A stretch of DNA of 64,000 nucleotides from NCBI GenBank assembly GCA_963715195.1, contig CAVQRT010000007.1, positions 192,001 through 256,000 of the forward strand, given 5' to 3'. This document shows, piece by piece, positions 40,145 through 50,066 of this stretch; the first letter of the stretch is position 1, and each line of letters opens with the position of its first letter. The DNA is from Thermodesulfovibrionales bacterium (GTDB lineage Bacteria; Nitrospirota; Thermodesulfovibrionia; Thermodesulfovibrionales; SM23-35). The notes under the pieces are model-generated. The model did no database searches. It saw nothing but the letters and a program-made list of their open reading frames with translations, and was not told where the DNA came from. A program made the position numbers and the translations under genes.

Positions 40145-41407
40145 ATGCCCTTTTTTGGTGAGCTCTTTGTAAGCGACCTCCTAAAAAAACCCGTACTTGA
40201 TCCCAAGGGCGAGGAACTCGGAAGGGTTCGCGACATTGTCATGGTTAGGGGAGAACCATTCCCGAAGGTTTCGGCACTCATTATCGAGAAAAAGAAGAAG
40301 CTTTTCAACCTCCCATGGAATGATCTGAACATTTTCAACAAGAGAATTATATCTGCAACGGTTTACCACGATTTTCTTCATTCCTATAATTACAATGAAA
40401 CAGACCTCCTCATCGTCAGGGACATTTTTGATAAACAGATTGTTGATGCGAATGGCGCAAAAGTCGTGCGGGTAAACGATGTTAAGCTCGAGGGGTTTGA
40501 TTCAGAAGCGATTCTCATTGCAGTCGACGTGGGTATGAGGGGTATCATGAGAAGACTTGGTGTTGAGAGAGGTGGAGAGGATATGATGCGACTCTTCAGG
40601 AAGCATCTTCCCTATAATCTGATAAGCTGGAATTATATCCAGCCGCTTGAACCGAAACTGACCAAGATATCACTTACGGTACCGAGGCAGATGGTATCCG
40701 AACTCCATCCTGCAGATATCGCCGAAATTATCAGCCAGGTCTCCCATAAGGAGGGTGCATCTTTTTTCAAGGGTCTCGACGTTGAAACAGCCGCCGAAGC
40801 CCTTTCAGAACTTGAACCTGATGTACAGGCAGCAATTATAACCGGCATGGATACAAACAGTGCGGCCGATATTATTGAAGAAATGCCTCCTGATAATGCA
40901 GCAGATGTCTTAAGTGACCTACCGGTAGATAAGGCAAAGGAAATTCTTGAACAGATCGACAAAGACGAGGCAGAGGATATTCAGGAGCTCCTGAGCCATG
41001 AAGAGGATACGGCAGGAGGATTGATGACAAATGAATTTATTGCCTACCCCCCGGACTTACTGGTCAGAGATGCCATAGAGAGATTCCGAAAAGATGCTGA
41101 GGAAGTCGAAGCAGTCTATTATCTCTATGTTACCGATTCAGATGAAAAAATAATGGGTGTCATTTCATTGAGAGACCTGCTGCTCGCACCACCGGATTCG
41201 AAGCTCTCGGATATTATGAAGACAAAACTGAAAATGGTATCTCCTGCCACCGATGAAATCGAGGTTGCTGAGATCGTATCGAAATATAATCTCGTAGCAA
41301 TTCCGGTCGTTGATTCGGAAGGATATATGCTCGGTATCGTTACGATCGATGACATTGTGGACAGAATTCTTCCTCCTCTAGCGAAACGCAAGAGGAGGAA
41401 GGTATGA
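40145..41407 (+). CDS. Soluble MgtE-like protein (PRC-barrel, MgtE_N, CBS pair; no membrane domain)
   Basis: LHPADIA, D.AAD.L, TAGGLMT.E, CBS repeats; no TM segment. Confidence 0.88.
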   Translation: MPFFGELFVSDLLKKPVLDPKGEELGRVRDIVMVRGEPFPKVSALIIEKKKKLFNLPWNDLNIFNKRIISATVYHDFLHSYNYNETDLLIVRDIFDKQIVDANGAKVVRVNDVKLEGFDSEAILIAVDVGMRGIMRRLGVERGGEDMMRLFRKHLPYNLISWNYIQPLEPKLTKISLTVPRQMVSELHPADIAEIISQVSHKEGASFFKGLDVETAAEALSELEPDVQAAIITGMDTNSAADIIEEMPPDNAADVLSDLPVDKAKEILEQIDKDEAEDIQELLSHEEDTAGGLMTNEFIAYPPDLLVRDAIERFRKDAEEVEAVYYLYVTDSDEKIMGVISLRDLLLAPPDSKLSDIMKTKLKMVSPATDEIEVAEIVSKYNLVAIPVVDSEGYMLGIVTIDDIVDRILPPLAKRKRRKV

Positions 41408-42639
41408 GCGTCTGGAGAAGATTCGCCCTCTTTCTGTCAATCATGGGGCCGGGGATTATCACAGCGAACATCGACAACGACGCAAGTGGCATCACAACCT
41501 ATTCAGTCATCGGTGCCCGATTTGGATACACCCTCCTCTGGACATTAATTCCCACAACCGTTGCGCTGATCGTCATACAGGAGATGGTGGCAAGGATGGG
41601 AGCGGTCACCGGAAAGGGCCTTTCTGATCTCATACGGGAAAATTATGGAGTCAGGTCAACATTCTACATGATGACCATACTCTTCATCGCCAATTTCGGC
41701 ACTACGGTTGCTAACTTTGCCGGGTGGGCCGCAAGTATGGAGATCCTTGGTTTCAGCAAGTATCTGATGGCTCCGCTTGGCGCGGTATTTATATGGTTTC
41801 TGGTCGTAAGGGGGAGTTACCGTTTTGTCGAACGTATTCTTCTCGTTGCATGCCTGCTCTATTTCGGGTATGTCCTTTCCGGTTTGATGTCAAAGCCGAA
41901 TTGGGCAGAAGTATTCTCAGCAACCTTCGTACCCCAGATACAATGGAAAGCTGAGTATATGATATTAAGTATCGCGATTATTGGAACGACCATCACCCCA
42001 TGGATGCAGTTTTATCTGCAATCTTCGATAGCTGAGAAAGGGATAAAGAAAGAGGAATATAAAGCGTCAAGACTTGATGTAATCATCGGGTGCAGCATTA
42101 CGGATATCGTATCTTTTTTCATAATCGTCACTTGCGCAACAACCATCTTCCCGCTCGGACTGAGGATCAATGAAGCTTCCGAAGCAGCTCTTGCGCTGAG
42201 ACCGCTTGCCGGCGACTACGCATTTCTTATATTCGCTGTCTGCCTTGCAAATGCATCATTGCTCGGGGCAATTATTGTCCCTCTCGCAACGTCATATTAT
42301 ATTTGTGAGGCCATGGGGTGGGAAAGGGGCGTGAACAAGACTTTCATCGAAGCGCCTCAGTTTATGTCGATTTATACCTTCATGATCTTCATTGCAGTGA
42401 TCGTGATTCTCATTCCTGATGCACCTCTGGTATTCCTGATGGTTCTCTCTTCAGTACTGAACGGTATGCTCCTGCCCTTTGTGCTCATATATGCTCTGTC
42501 TCTCGTCAACAACAGAAATCTCATGGGAGAATATGTGAACCCGAAAGTGTACAACATTATATCGTGGGCTACCATTTGCTCCATTGCGGTTCTCGCGGTT
42601 CTCTTCTTGATCACCTTTCTTCTCCCCATGGAAATCTGA
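41404..42639 (+). CDS. NRAMP-family divalent cation transporter (Mg-type, NRMT-like)
   Basis: GPG......DNDASGI.TYS, QEM.AR.G.VTGKG, GTTI.PWM.F. Confidence 0.88.
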   Translation: MSVWRRFALFLSIMGPGIITANIDNDASGITTYSVIGARFGYTLLWTLIPTTVALIVIQEMVARMGAVTGKGLSDLIRENYGVRSTFYMMTILFIANFGTTVANFAGWAASMEILGFSKYLMAPLGAVFIWFLVVRGSYRFVERILLVACLLYFGYVLSGLMSKPNWAEVFSATFVPQIQWKAEYMILSIAIIGTTITPWMQFYLQSSIAEKGIKKEEYKASRLDVIIGCSITDIVSFFIIVTCATTIFPLGLRINEASEAALALRPLAGDYAFLIFAVCLANASLLGAIIVPLATSYYICEAMGWERGVNKTFIEAPQFMSIYTFMIFIAVIVILIPDAPLVFLMVLSSVLNGMLLPFVLIYALSLVNNRNLMGEYVNPKVYNIISWATICSIAVLAVLFLITFLLPMEI

Positions 42640-42640
42640 T

Positions 42641-43702
42641 ATGGTCAAAGCAATCGAGTGGGTTAAAGGCAACGTCGTCATGCTCGACCAGACAAAGCTT
42701 CCATTCCAAGTAACGTACATAACCTGCACGGATTATCTGATGGTGGCAGAAGGTATCAGGAGACTGAGGATACGGGGTGCTCCCGCTATCGGGATAGCAG
42801 CGGCAATGGGCATTGCACTCGCAGGCCAGGATATCAAGGCATCACACTATTCGGATTTCATGAAAGCCATCGAGCCGGCATTTCACGAAATACTTTCCAC
42901 ACGTCCGACAGCAGTGAATATCTTTTGGGCCCTGCAGAGATTGAAAAAACTCCTGCAGAGTAATAGGAATGAAGCAGTCCCCAGGCTTAAAGAAATACTT
43001 ATCCATGAAGCCCAGTCGATTCTCGACGAGGATATTGCTGTCAATATGGCGATCGGCAAATGGGGATCAGAATTTATCAAAGACGGGGATACCATCCTCA
43101 CCCATTGCAATGCGGGCTCACTCGCAACGGGAGGGTATGGCACAGCAACAGCACCCATTTACGTTGCGAGAGATCAGGGGAAAAGGATTCATGTCATTGC
43201 GGATGAAACCAGGCCAGTGCTTCAGGGATCGCGCCTCACAGCATGGGAACTCATACAAGAAAACATCCCCGTAACCCTCATTACCGACAATACTGCGGGA
43301 TCTCTTCTCAGGAGAGGTGAAATAGATCTGGTGATTGTGGGTACCGACAGAACTGCACGAAACGGCGATGTGGCGAACAAGATCGGAACCTATCCGCTCG
43401 CGGTGCTCTGCCGGGAAAACAAGGTCCCTTTTTATGTTGCTGCACCGATGAGCAGTATCGACTTCTCTATCGCTTCAGGTGGCCGCATTCAGATCGAAGA
43501 GCGAAGCACGGAAGAGGTGACCAAGATTTTGGGGATATGCCCGATTGCACCGGACGGGGTGAAGGCACGGAATATCGCATTTGATGTGACACCACGTAAA
43601 TATGTAACAGCAATCATCACTGAGAAGGGTGCCTTCAGGCCTGCAGATATCAGGAAATTATCCCGCAGAAATATAGATGTGGATAGTATCCGTCTGAAAT
43701 GA
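42641..43702 (+). CDS. mtnA: Methylthioribose-1-phosphate isomerase
   Basis: RGAPAIG, RPTAVN, THCNAG.LAT, ETRP..QG.RLT, NKIGT. Confidence 0.96.
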   Translation: MVKAIEWVKGNVVMLDQTKLPFQVTYITCTDYLMVAEGIRRLRIRGAPAIGIAAAMGIALAGQDIKASHYSDFMKAIEPAFHEILSTRPTAVNIFWALQRLKKLLQSNRNEAVPRLKEILIHEAQSILDEDIAVNMAIGKWGSEFIKDGDTILTHCNAGSLATGGYGTATAPIYVARDQGKRIHVIADETRPVLQGSRLTAWELIQENIPVTLITDNTAGSLLRRGEIDLVIVGTDRTARNGDVANKIGTYPLAVLCRENKVPFYVAAPMSSIDFSIASGGRIQIEERSTEEVTKILGICPIAPDGVKARNIAFDVTPRKYVTAIITEKGAFRPADIRKLSRRNIDVDSIRLK

Positions 43703-43736
43703 ACTAACGAGGGACTCTGCAAGAATGCTTAATGTC

Positions 43737-43823
43737 GTCATTGTCCTTCTTGACCGGGCAATCCAGAACCATTGTACCCTACTAAATTCGGAACTGGATT
43801 TCCCGATCAAGTCGGGGAATGAC
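43737..43823. repeat. GTCATT...AATGAC double-palindrome (REP/dRS3-like) element
   Basis: GTCATTGTCC..GGGCAATCCAG / CTGGATTTCCCG..CGGGGAATGAC; same architecture as 63390-63478. Confidence 0.7.
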
Positions 43824-43909
43824 CAATATAATTCATTTCATTGACATACAATAACAACGACCCCTTTCACTTGCTTGACTTTAAAAGGAAGCCTACACTA
43901 CCATTAACA

Positions 43910-44881
43910 ATGGATTTGGACGACATTTTTTCATTTTATGAATCAGACCTCAAGACAGCAGAGGACAGGATAAAAGATCTTTTTAACAGTTCTGTTCTGA
44001 CCATTCCCCTCATAGGCAACCATATTCTTGATGGCGGCGGAAAGAGATTGAGGCCGCTCATTCTCCTGCTCAGTGCCGAACTCGTAGGCTATACCGGTGA
44101 CGCCAGACTGACTCTTGCTGGAATTATCGAATCCATACATACTGCATCCCTCCTCCATGATGATGTCATTGACGGTGCTGATATCCGGAGAGGCAAAACC
44201 CCTGCACATGCGATATGGGGAAATCAGGTCGTCATCCTTGTCGGTGACTTTCTATACTCCAACGCCCTGAGGCTCGCAGTCCGGCAGAAAAGTCAGGGCA
44301 TCATGGAAGCCCTGTCAGAAGCCACAACCCGCATGACCGAGGGTGAATTGCTCCAGCTTTCCAAAACAGGAGACCCGGATATCACTGAAGAAGATTATCT
44401 CGCCATCATTTCCGCGAAGACAGCCGGCTTGATTTCTGCAGCCTGCAGGATCGGCGCTATCCTCGGATCATTATCCGAAGAAAAAGAAAGTGCACTTGCA
44501 CTCTTCGGGGAAAAAGTAGGCATTGCTTTCCAGATGGTAGATGATATCCTTGATTACATGGCAGATGAAAAAGACCTCGGCAAACGCCTTGGGAAAGACC
44601 TCAGGGAGGGGAAAATAACCCTTCCGCTGATCTACCTCCTGAAAACAGCCGAAGATACCGAGAAAAAGATCATCAGAGAGGTCATTCAGAACGGCTTTAA
44701 AATAAGCGGGCTGAATAAAATCCTCAGACTGTTCAAAAAATACAGCACGATCGAAGCGTCTCTTAACAAAGCACATGATCTCATTGATGATGCAAAAACT
44801 CATCTTTCAGTCTTTCCAGACTCCCCTTCACGGCAGGCGCTTTTCAGGATAGCCGATTATTCCCTCGCAAGGAATAAATAG
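43910..44881 (+). CDS. Long-chain polyprenyl diphosphate synthase (IspB-like)
   Basis: GGKRLRP, LLHDDVID..RRG, FQMVDDILD and DL.EGK.TLP motifs. Confidence 0.93.
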   Translation: MDLDDIFSFYESDLKTAEDRIKDLFNSSVLTIPLIGNHILDGGGKRLRPLILLLSAELVGYTGDARLTLAGIIESIHTASLLHDDVIDGADIRRGKTPAHAIWGNQVVILVGDFLYSNALRLAVRQKSQGIMEALSEATTRMTEGELLQLSKTGDPDITEEDYLAIISAKTAGLISAACRIGAILGSLSEEKESALALFGEKVGIAFQMVDDILDYMADEKDLGKRLGKDLREGKITLPLIYLLKTAEDTEKKIIREVIQNGFKISGLNKILRLFKKYSTIEASLNKAHDLIDDAKTHLSVFPDSPSRQALFRIADYSLARNK

Positions 44882-45388
44882 ATGCATTCTCTCGTTGAGC
44901 TCGTAAAGAAAAGTGTAGAGGCATACATTACCCAGGGGACAATGATCGGTCCTCCGGACCCTCTCCCCGTTTCCATGTCGGGGAAAGCAGGAGTATTTGT
45001 CTGCTTAAAAAAACACGGGGAATTAAGAGGTTGTATCGGAACTTTTCAGCCCACCTGCAGCTGCGTCGGTTCAGAGGCAATTGCGAATGCCATATCTGCT
45101 GCAACAAAAGATCCGAGATTCTCTCCAGTATCGGAAGAGGAACTCCCGGATTTGACGTATTCAGTAGATGTGCTCTCATGTCCCGAGAAAGTATCAGGAA
45201 TATCGGAACTCGATCCCAAAAAATACGGTGTTATTGTTGTCAGCGGAGACAGGAGAGGATTATTGCTGCCGGACCTGAAAGGAGTCGATACCGCGGAAGA
45301 ACAGCTCAGGATCGCAAAAATGAAAGCCGGGATTCTTCCCCGTGAAGAAGTCGAAATCTACCGCTTTGAGGTTACGAGATATACCTGA
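44882..45388 (+). CDS. AMMECR1-domain protein (AmmeMemoRadiSam protein A)
   Basis: GVFV.L....LRGCIGT, DPRF, GLLLP motifs. Confidence 0.92.
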   Translation: MHSLVELVKKSVEAYITQGTMIGPPDPLPVSMSGKAGVFVCLKKHGELRGCIGTFQPTCSCVGSEAIANAISAATKDPRFSPVSEEELPDLTYSVDVLSCPEKVSGISELDPKKYGVIVVSGDRRGLLLPDLKGVDTAEEQLRIAKMKAGILPREEVEIYRFEVTRYT

Positions 45389-45417
45389 GACATGATCAGA
45401 TGAAGATTTTCGAAATG

Positions 45418-45894
45418 TTATTTTCGCCTGAACAGCCCGCTCCTGCCGCCACGTTTTGCCATAAGCATGATATCAGAAATCACGATATCTTTATCCACAG
45501 CTTTACACATATCATAAATGGTAAGCGCTGACGCTGAAACAGCCGTCAGTGCCTCCATTTCAACACCGGTCTGTCCCGTCACCTTTACTATCGCTTCAAT
45601 ATCGATCTTCTTTCTCAGCTCATCAATACTCAGGTCAATGGTAACAGAACTAATATTCAACGGATGGCACATGGGAATCAGTTCGTCTGTTTTTTTGGCA
45701 GCCAGAATACCCGCGATGCGCGCCACGCACATCACATCGCCTTTAGGAACTTTATTACGGAGAATCAATTGAAGGGTTTCGGGTTTCATATACACAGAAC
45801 CCCGTGCGACGGCTTCTCGTTCAGTCGAAGCCTTACTGCTGACATCAACCATGCGCGCCCTTCCCTTTTCGTCTATATGGGTAAGCTTTCTCAT
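45418..45894 (-). CDS. moaC: Cyclic pyranopterin monophosphate synthase
   Basis: LTH......[26 protein letters not shown]. Confidence 0.97.
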   Translation of the reverse strand: MRKLTHIDEKGRARMVDVSSKASTEREAVARGSVYMKPETLQLILRNKVPKGDVMCVARIAGILAAKKTDELIPMCHPLNISSVTIDLSIDELRKKIDIEAIVKVTGQTGVEMEALTAVSASALTIYDMCKAVDKDIVISDIMLMAKRGGRSGLFRRK

Positions 45895-46093
45895 GATAAC
45901 CCCTTTACGTTATAATTTTTCAATGTAGTGACAGGATATAGTGTTTGAGCGGATTCATTTTGCAGATATTCAGGCGGTATGCAATTTAATAATAATGAGG
46001 CAAAATGCCTCGGAGGTCAAAGACCGAGAATGAGCGAAAATACGGTTTCCTGTCACGGAAAACATTGTCCATGATAAATCTGGCTTACTCCTT

Positions 46094-46180
46094 TGGTGCC
46101 GAAGGCGGGACTCGAACCCGCACGGCCTTTCGACCACTAGACCCTGAACCTAGCGCGTCTGCCAGTTCCGCCACTTCGGC
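46094..46180 (-). tRNA. tRNA-Leu (anticodon CAG)
   Basis: GCCGAAGTGGCGGAACTGGCAGACGCG CTAGG TTCAGGG TCTAG, long variable arm, GGTTCGAGTCC, encoded CCA. Confidence 0.96.
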
Positions 46181-46190
46181 TCCCATATTA

Positions 46191-47444
46191 TTATACACGA
46201 CCACAATTTTGTTTAGGGGACGTGATGCGCAGAAATACGCTGCCGATTGCGCCTGACAGGGCAACACCTGCGGCGAGCAGCAATGCCGGAGCCAAGGAAT
46301 TGCAGGCATCGGCTACTGAGCCGGCAACACTTGGCCCGGCAGCTTGCCCGATTCCGAAAAAAAGCGTAACAAAGCCGATTCCTGCAGGCGCAAGTCTCGG
46401 ACCAAGAATGTCTCCGCACGTTGCAGCCATGATTGCGGGGATACTCCATGCCGAAATGCCGAACAGGAATGCGGAAAGCACAAAACCTGGCGGAAAAGGC
46501 CATACTGCGAACAAGCCAAACGCAAGCGCCTGAATAATATAAACGATAATGAGTGCTGTTTTACGTCCCAGTATATCCGAGACCGATCCCCATATGATTC
46601 CGCAGAAAAGGCTCAACCATCCCATGATCATGAATAGCCTGCCAGATGATTCCTGGGTATACCCTCCTTCTGCTATCAGATATTTGGTGAAAAAGGTCAT
46701 ATAGATGATGTATGAGAATCCAAAGGCGATGTAGATAAGTCCCAAATGCCACACAATACCTGATCGATAGACCCTGCCCCAGTTCAACTCTCTCAACCTG
46801 ACGCCGACTGATTCACTATCACCCTGAGCGCCAACTGGAAGAAGTCCGAGTTCAGAGGGACAATTCCGCAGAGCAATATAGGAAAGCAACGCCAACCCGA
46901 AAGTTATGCCTGCAAAAATAAACCAGCAGATGCGCCAGCCGTTTGATTCATACGCATTGAGCACGGCAGGCACCAGAAGACCCAGAACAATAAGCGCTAT
47001 GGAAGACCCCGTAACGCCTATTCCTGTCGCCAGACCGGAACGACGCTGAACAAACCATGCGGCAAGAAGCCCCATGACAGGAACATTGCTTGCACCGCTC
47101 CCGATTCCCGTAATCGTTCTCCACGCTGCCGCACCAGCAAAGCTGTTAGCAAGACCAGTCATGAGCATGCCTGCAGCTGCAACGCTGAGTCCGACGGTGA
47201 TAACGACCCGCGGACCGTATCGTGCAGCAAGGGCACCACCAATAACCGACAATGCCAGATACCCAATGAGATTGGCAGTAGCAAGTGCGCCTGCATGGGT
47301 ATTGTTGAGTCCCAATCCGGATTGCATGGCAGGCAGTACCATTGTATAACCGAACCGTGCCAATCCAAGCGCCCCAAAGACAACAAGAGTCCCGACGGCA
47401 AGGATAATCCAGGCATAATGGAATGGTACTTTTGCAGTTTTCAA
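46191..47444 (-). CDS. YbfB/YjiJ-like MFS transporter
   Basis: GLARF.Y...LP.M, about 12 TM helices, SD.LGRK loop; TTG start at 47444 assumed. Confidence 0.85.
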   Translation of the reverse strand: MKTAKVPFHYAWIILAVGTLVVFGALGLARFGYTMVLPAMQSGLGLNNTHAGALATANLIGYLALSVIGGALAARYGPRVVITVGLSVAAAGMLMTGLANSFAGAAAWRTITGIGSGASNVPVMGLLAAWFVQRRSGLATGIGVTGSSIALIVLGLLVPAVLNAYESNGWRICWFIFAGITFGLALLSYIALRNCPSELGLLPVGAQGDSESVGVRLRELNWGRVYRSGIVWHLGLIYIAFGFSYIIYMTFFTKYLIAEGGYTQESSGRLFMIMGWLSLFCGIIWGSVSDILGRKTALIIVYIIQALAFGLFAVWPFPPGFVLSAFLFGISAWSIPAIMAATCGDILGPRLAPAGIGFVTLFFGIGQAAGPSVAGSVADACNSLAPALLLAAGVALSGAIGSVFLRITSPKQNCGRV

Positions 47445-47460
47445 CGAATGTTCACCGGCG

Positions 47461-48480
47461 TTAGAGACTTCTGTCAGCAACTTCGGCAAATAGACGCAGT
47501 TTCTCCATCAGTGCGGAGAATTTTTTTGGCGTTAGGGACTGAGGCCCGTCGGAAAGGGCATGTTCCGGGTCAGGGTGCACTTCAATGATGAGACCGTCTG
47601 CCCCTGCTGCCACGGCCGCGCAAGACATCGGAGCCACATACTGATAATTCCCCGTGGAATGCGATGGATCTACGACCACTGGCAGATGGGTATTCCGCTT
47701 CAATACCGGTATGGCCGAGAGGTCAAGCGTATTTCTCGTTGCGGTTTCAAATGTCCGTATTCCTCGTTCACAAAGTATCACCGAGTGATTTCCTTCGCTC
47801 ATGATATATTCAGCGCTCATGAGCAGCTCCTGAACGGTCATCGACATTCCCCGTTTCAGCAGGACCGGCTTCCTGAGTTGCCCAAGCTTTTTCAGGAGCT
47901 CGAAATTCTGGGCATTTCTTGTTCCAATCTGGAGGATATCCGCATATTCTGCGACAAGTTCTGCGGTTTCGGGATTTACAACCTCCGTAATAATCGGCAA
48001 CCCTGTTCTCTTGCGCGCCTCTGCAAGCAGCTGCAACCCTTCCTCCTTCATGCCCTGAAAGGCATAAGGCGACGTCCTTGGTTTAAAGGCTCCACCCCGC
48101 AACACTTTTGCCCCTGCATTTTTTACAGCGGCTGCGACTTCCAAAATCTGCTCCTTACTTTCCACCGCGCATGGTCCTGCAATGACAATAACCTCCTTGC
48201 CGCCTATGGCTACCGTTTCACTGATAGGTATAATGCTCGTCTCTTTTCTTACTTCTCTCGATGCGAGCTTATAGGGCTTGAGGATAGGGACAACACTTTC
48301 CACTCCCTGCATGAACTCGATTGACTGAAGCACCACCTTTCCCCGCTCGTCGCCAACCGCGCCGATGACATCTCTCGTCGTTCCGTGAATGACATGAGGT
48401 TTGTATCCGAAATCTTTAATTTTTCTGATAACATCATCCCTCTCACGTTTTGTTGCACCTGCCTTCATTACAATTATCAT
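47461..48480 (-). CDS. aroF: DAHP synthase type I-beta with N-terminal regulatory domain
   Basis: [49 protein letters not shown]. Confidence 0.95.
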   Translation of the reverse strand: MIIVMKAGATKRERDDVIRKIKDFGYKPHVIHGTTRDVIGAVGDERGKVVLQSIEFMQGVESVVPILKPYKLASREVRKETSIIPISETVAIGGKEVIVIAGPCAVESKEQILEVAAAVKNAGAKVLRGGAFKPRTSPYAFQGMKEEGLQLLAEARKRTGLPIITEVVNPETAELVAEYADILQIGTRNAQNFELLKKLGQLRKPVLLKRGMSMTVQELLMSAEYIMSEGNHSVILCERGIRTFETATRNTLDLSAIPVLKRNTHLPVVVDPSHSTGNYQYVAPMSCAAVAAGADGLIIEVHPDPEHALSDGPQSLTPKKFSALMEKLRLFAEVADRSL

Positions 48481-48512
48481 GTGACCTTTCCTTTCCTCAG
48501 CCCGAAAAGAAA

Positions 48513-48538
48513 AAGGCTGGAGGGCTTCCTCCAGCCTT
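48513..48538 (-). terminator. Intrinsic terminator after the porin gene
   Basis: AAGGCTGGAGG-GCTT-CCTCCAGCCTT stem with a T-rich tract on the minus strand. Confidence 0.75.
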
Positions 48539-48562
48539 CATTTCTGATTATGTGCGATGGTT

Positions 48563-49983
48563 TTAGATCTTGAACTGGAGCTGCCACCTCAGGAATTGAC
48601 CGTTTTTGGCATCATCAGCATAAAAATTTCCGGGAATAAAGTACTCGTACTGGAAAAAGGCATCGATGTTCTTGTTGAATTTGTGCGTAAGAAATAGTGT
48701 CGGGAGATGACCTCTTTCATATCCCTGGTTGAACATAGCCTTAAACGGAGCCAGAGGCTGTGCCCACTCATTTGCCCTCCAGTACTGGTAAGCAAGAGAC
48801 AACTTCGTAGAAGCTGCTAATTCCATACTTACTTTTGCCTGATATAACTGGATATTCGACCAGTAGCCGGGCATCGCGGCAGTTTCTGTACAAATTCATA
48901 AATCTGAACATAGATAAGAAGCTCATTCCAGTAAGGGGCCTTCGCAAACAAAGGATCCCAGTTTTCGTTCTTATCCGTATCAGGGTCGTCTCCGGATAAA
49001 TAGACAACACGAAGCTCGAACTCGGGTTTCAGCGTCATATCTGCAAATTTACGGCTTCCAAATACATATCCTCCATATCCGGCCCTGTCTCTTCCCCCGT
49101 CATATTCTCCAAACTGGTACGCAAACTCCCCTCCGAATGTCCATGGATCGGACTTATAAACTGCATGAGCTCCAATCGTATTGAGATCAAGCTCGGGTGT
49201 GGTGCTCAGTGGGGGTGTCCGCTTAAACGGGAAATCAAATTCGTCTTCCTTTTTGTAAATGTAATAGGGTTCAATAGACAGGTTTTCATTCAGTTTACTT
49301 CTGCCATAGACCATAAGTGCCTGCTCATCAGAAGCATTCAGTATCTTTGTGTTGTTGACATAGGTCCCTGCATCGGGAACGTGCGTGTGCCATGTTGGCA
49401 GATATTTGTCTGTCCGTTGATTAGATATTGCGACAAAATCAACATTATTATTCTCATTGATTTTCCACTTAGCCTTTGCCGCATTAAAGTAATAAGTCCT
49501 CGAGCCGTCATTTGGTCCTCCATCACGAAACAAGAACCCCTCACCATACATGTCCGGACCTAAAAAATCCTGTCTGCCTATTTTTAGGTCAACAGGTAAG
49601 CCAAAGGCATTGTTTGCCTTCAGATACAAGTTATCAATGACACCCTCATTTTCATCGAGTCTTGTGAACCCGCTACTCCTCGATGTACTCGGTTGTTTAT
49701 AAGGACCCAGGTTATAATACACTTCACTGGTCAGCTTCAGGAAGACACCGGTATCCTTATTAAAGTCGGCACCGCCCCACACAGATGTCTTAAAGCGGAA
49801 AAAATTTCTGTCGTAATTGGTATTTGTCGGAGGCAGTGTTTTTAAATCCAGCAAATTATCCCATACCTCCTGCCTGATCCGTTCCGCAGCGCCGAAGTTG
49901 TACGTTACTTCAGCATGAACCGTTGTAATGAAAAAAACACCAACTAACCAGACCATGAAACAAACTGAAAGCAATTTCTTCAT
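48563..49983 (-). pseudogene. Alginate-export-family outer-membrane porin split by a 1-bp frameshift (real or sequencing error)
   Basis: Signal peptide; R.RQE.WDN, KIGRQD, DGSR, YLSGDD, WDPLF; C-terminal WQLQFKI lies in another frame; shift near 48885-48895. Confidence 0.8.
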
Positions 49984-50066
49984 TCGTGTCCCCCTCCTTG
50001 TTAATAAAGATTTGCAAGAATACCATATCCACAGTTTTTTTTGAAACAATTTTTTGTCAGATATCT

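Noticed and set aside
45491..45499. DnaA box TTATCCACA
   Set aside because: Single copy inside moaC; no cluster or origin context
45960..46060. Moco riboswitch upstream of moaC (minus strand has CTCCGAG and GGAAAC)
   Set aside because: Motifs are in the wrong order and the CCTAAG and GGAAAGGAG elements are missing; kept only as an unassigned structure
46094..46180. tRNA-anchored genomic island
   Set aside because: No integrase nearby and no duplicated tRNA 3' end noticed; flanks are housekeeping
47560..48324. 254-aa plus-strand ORF and many similar antisense ORFs
   Set aside because: Shadows of well-supported genes on the opposite strand with no recognisable motifs
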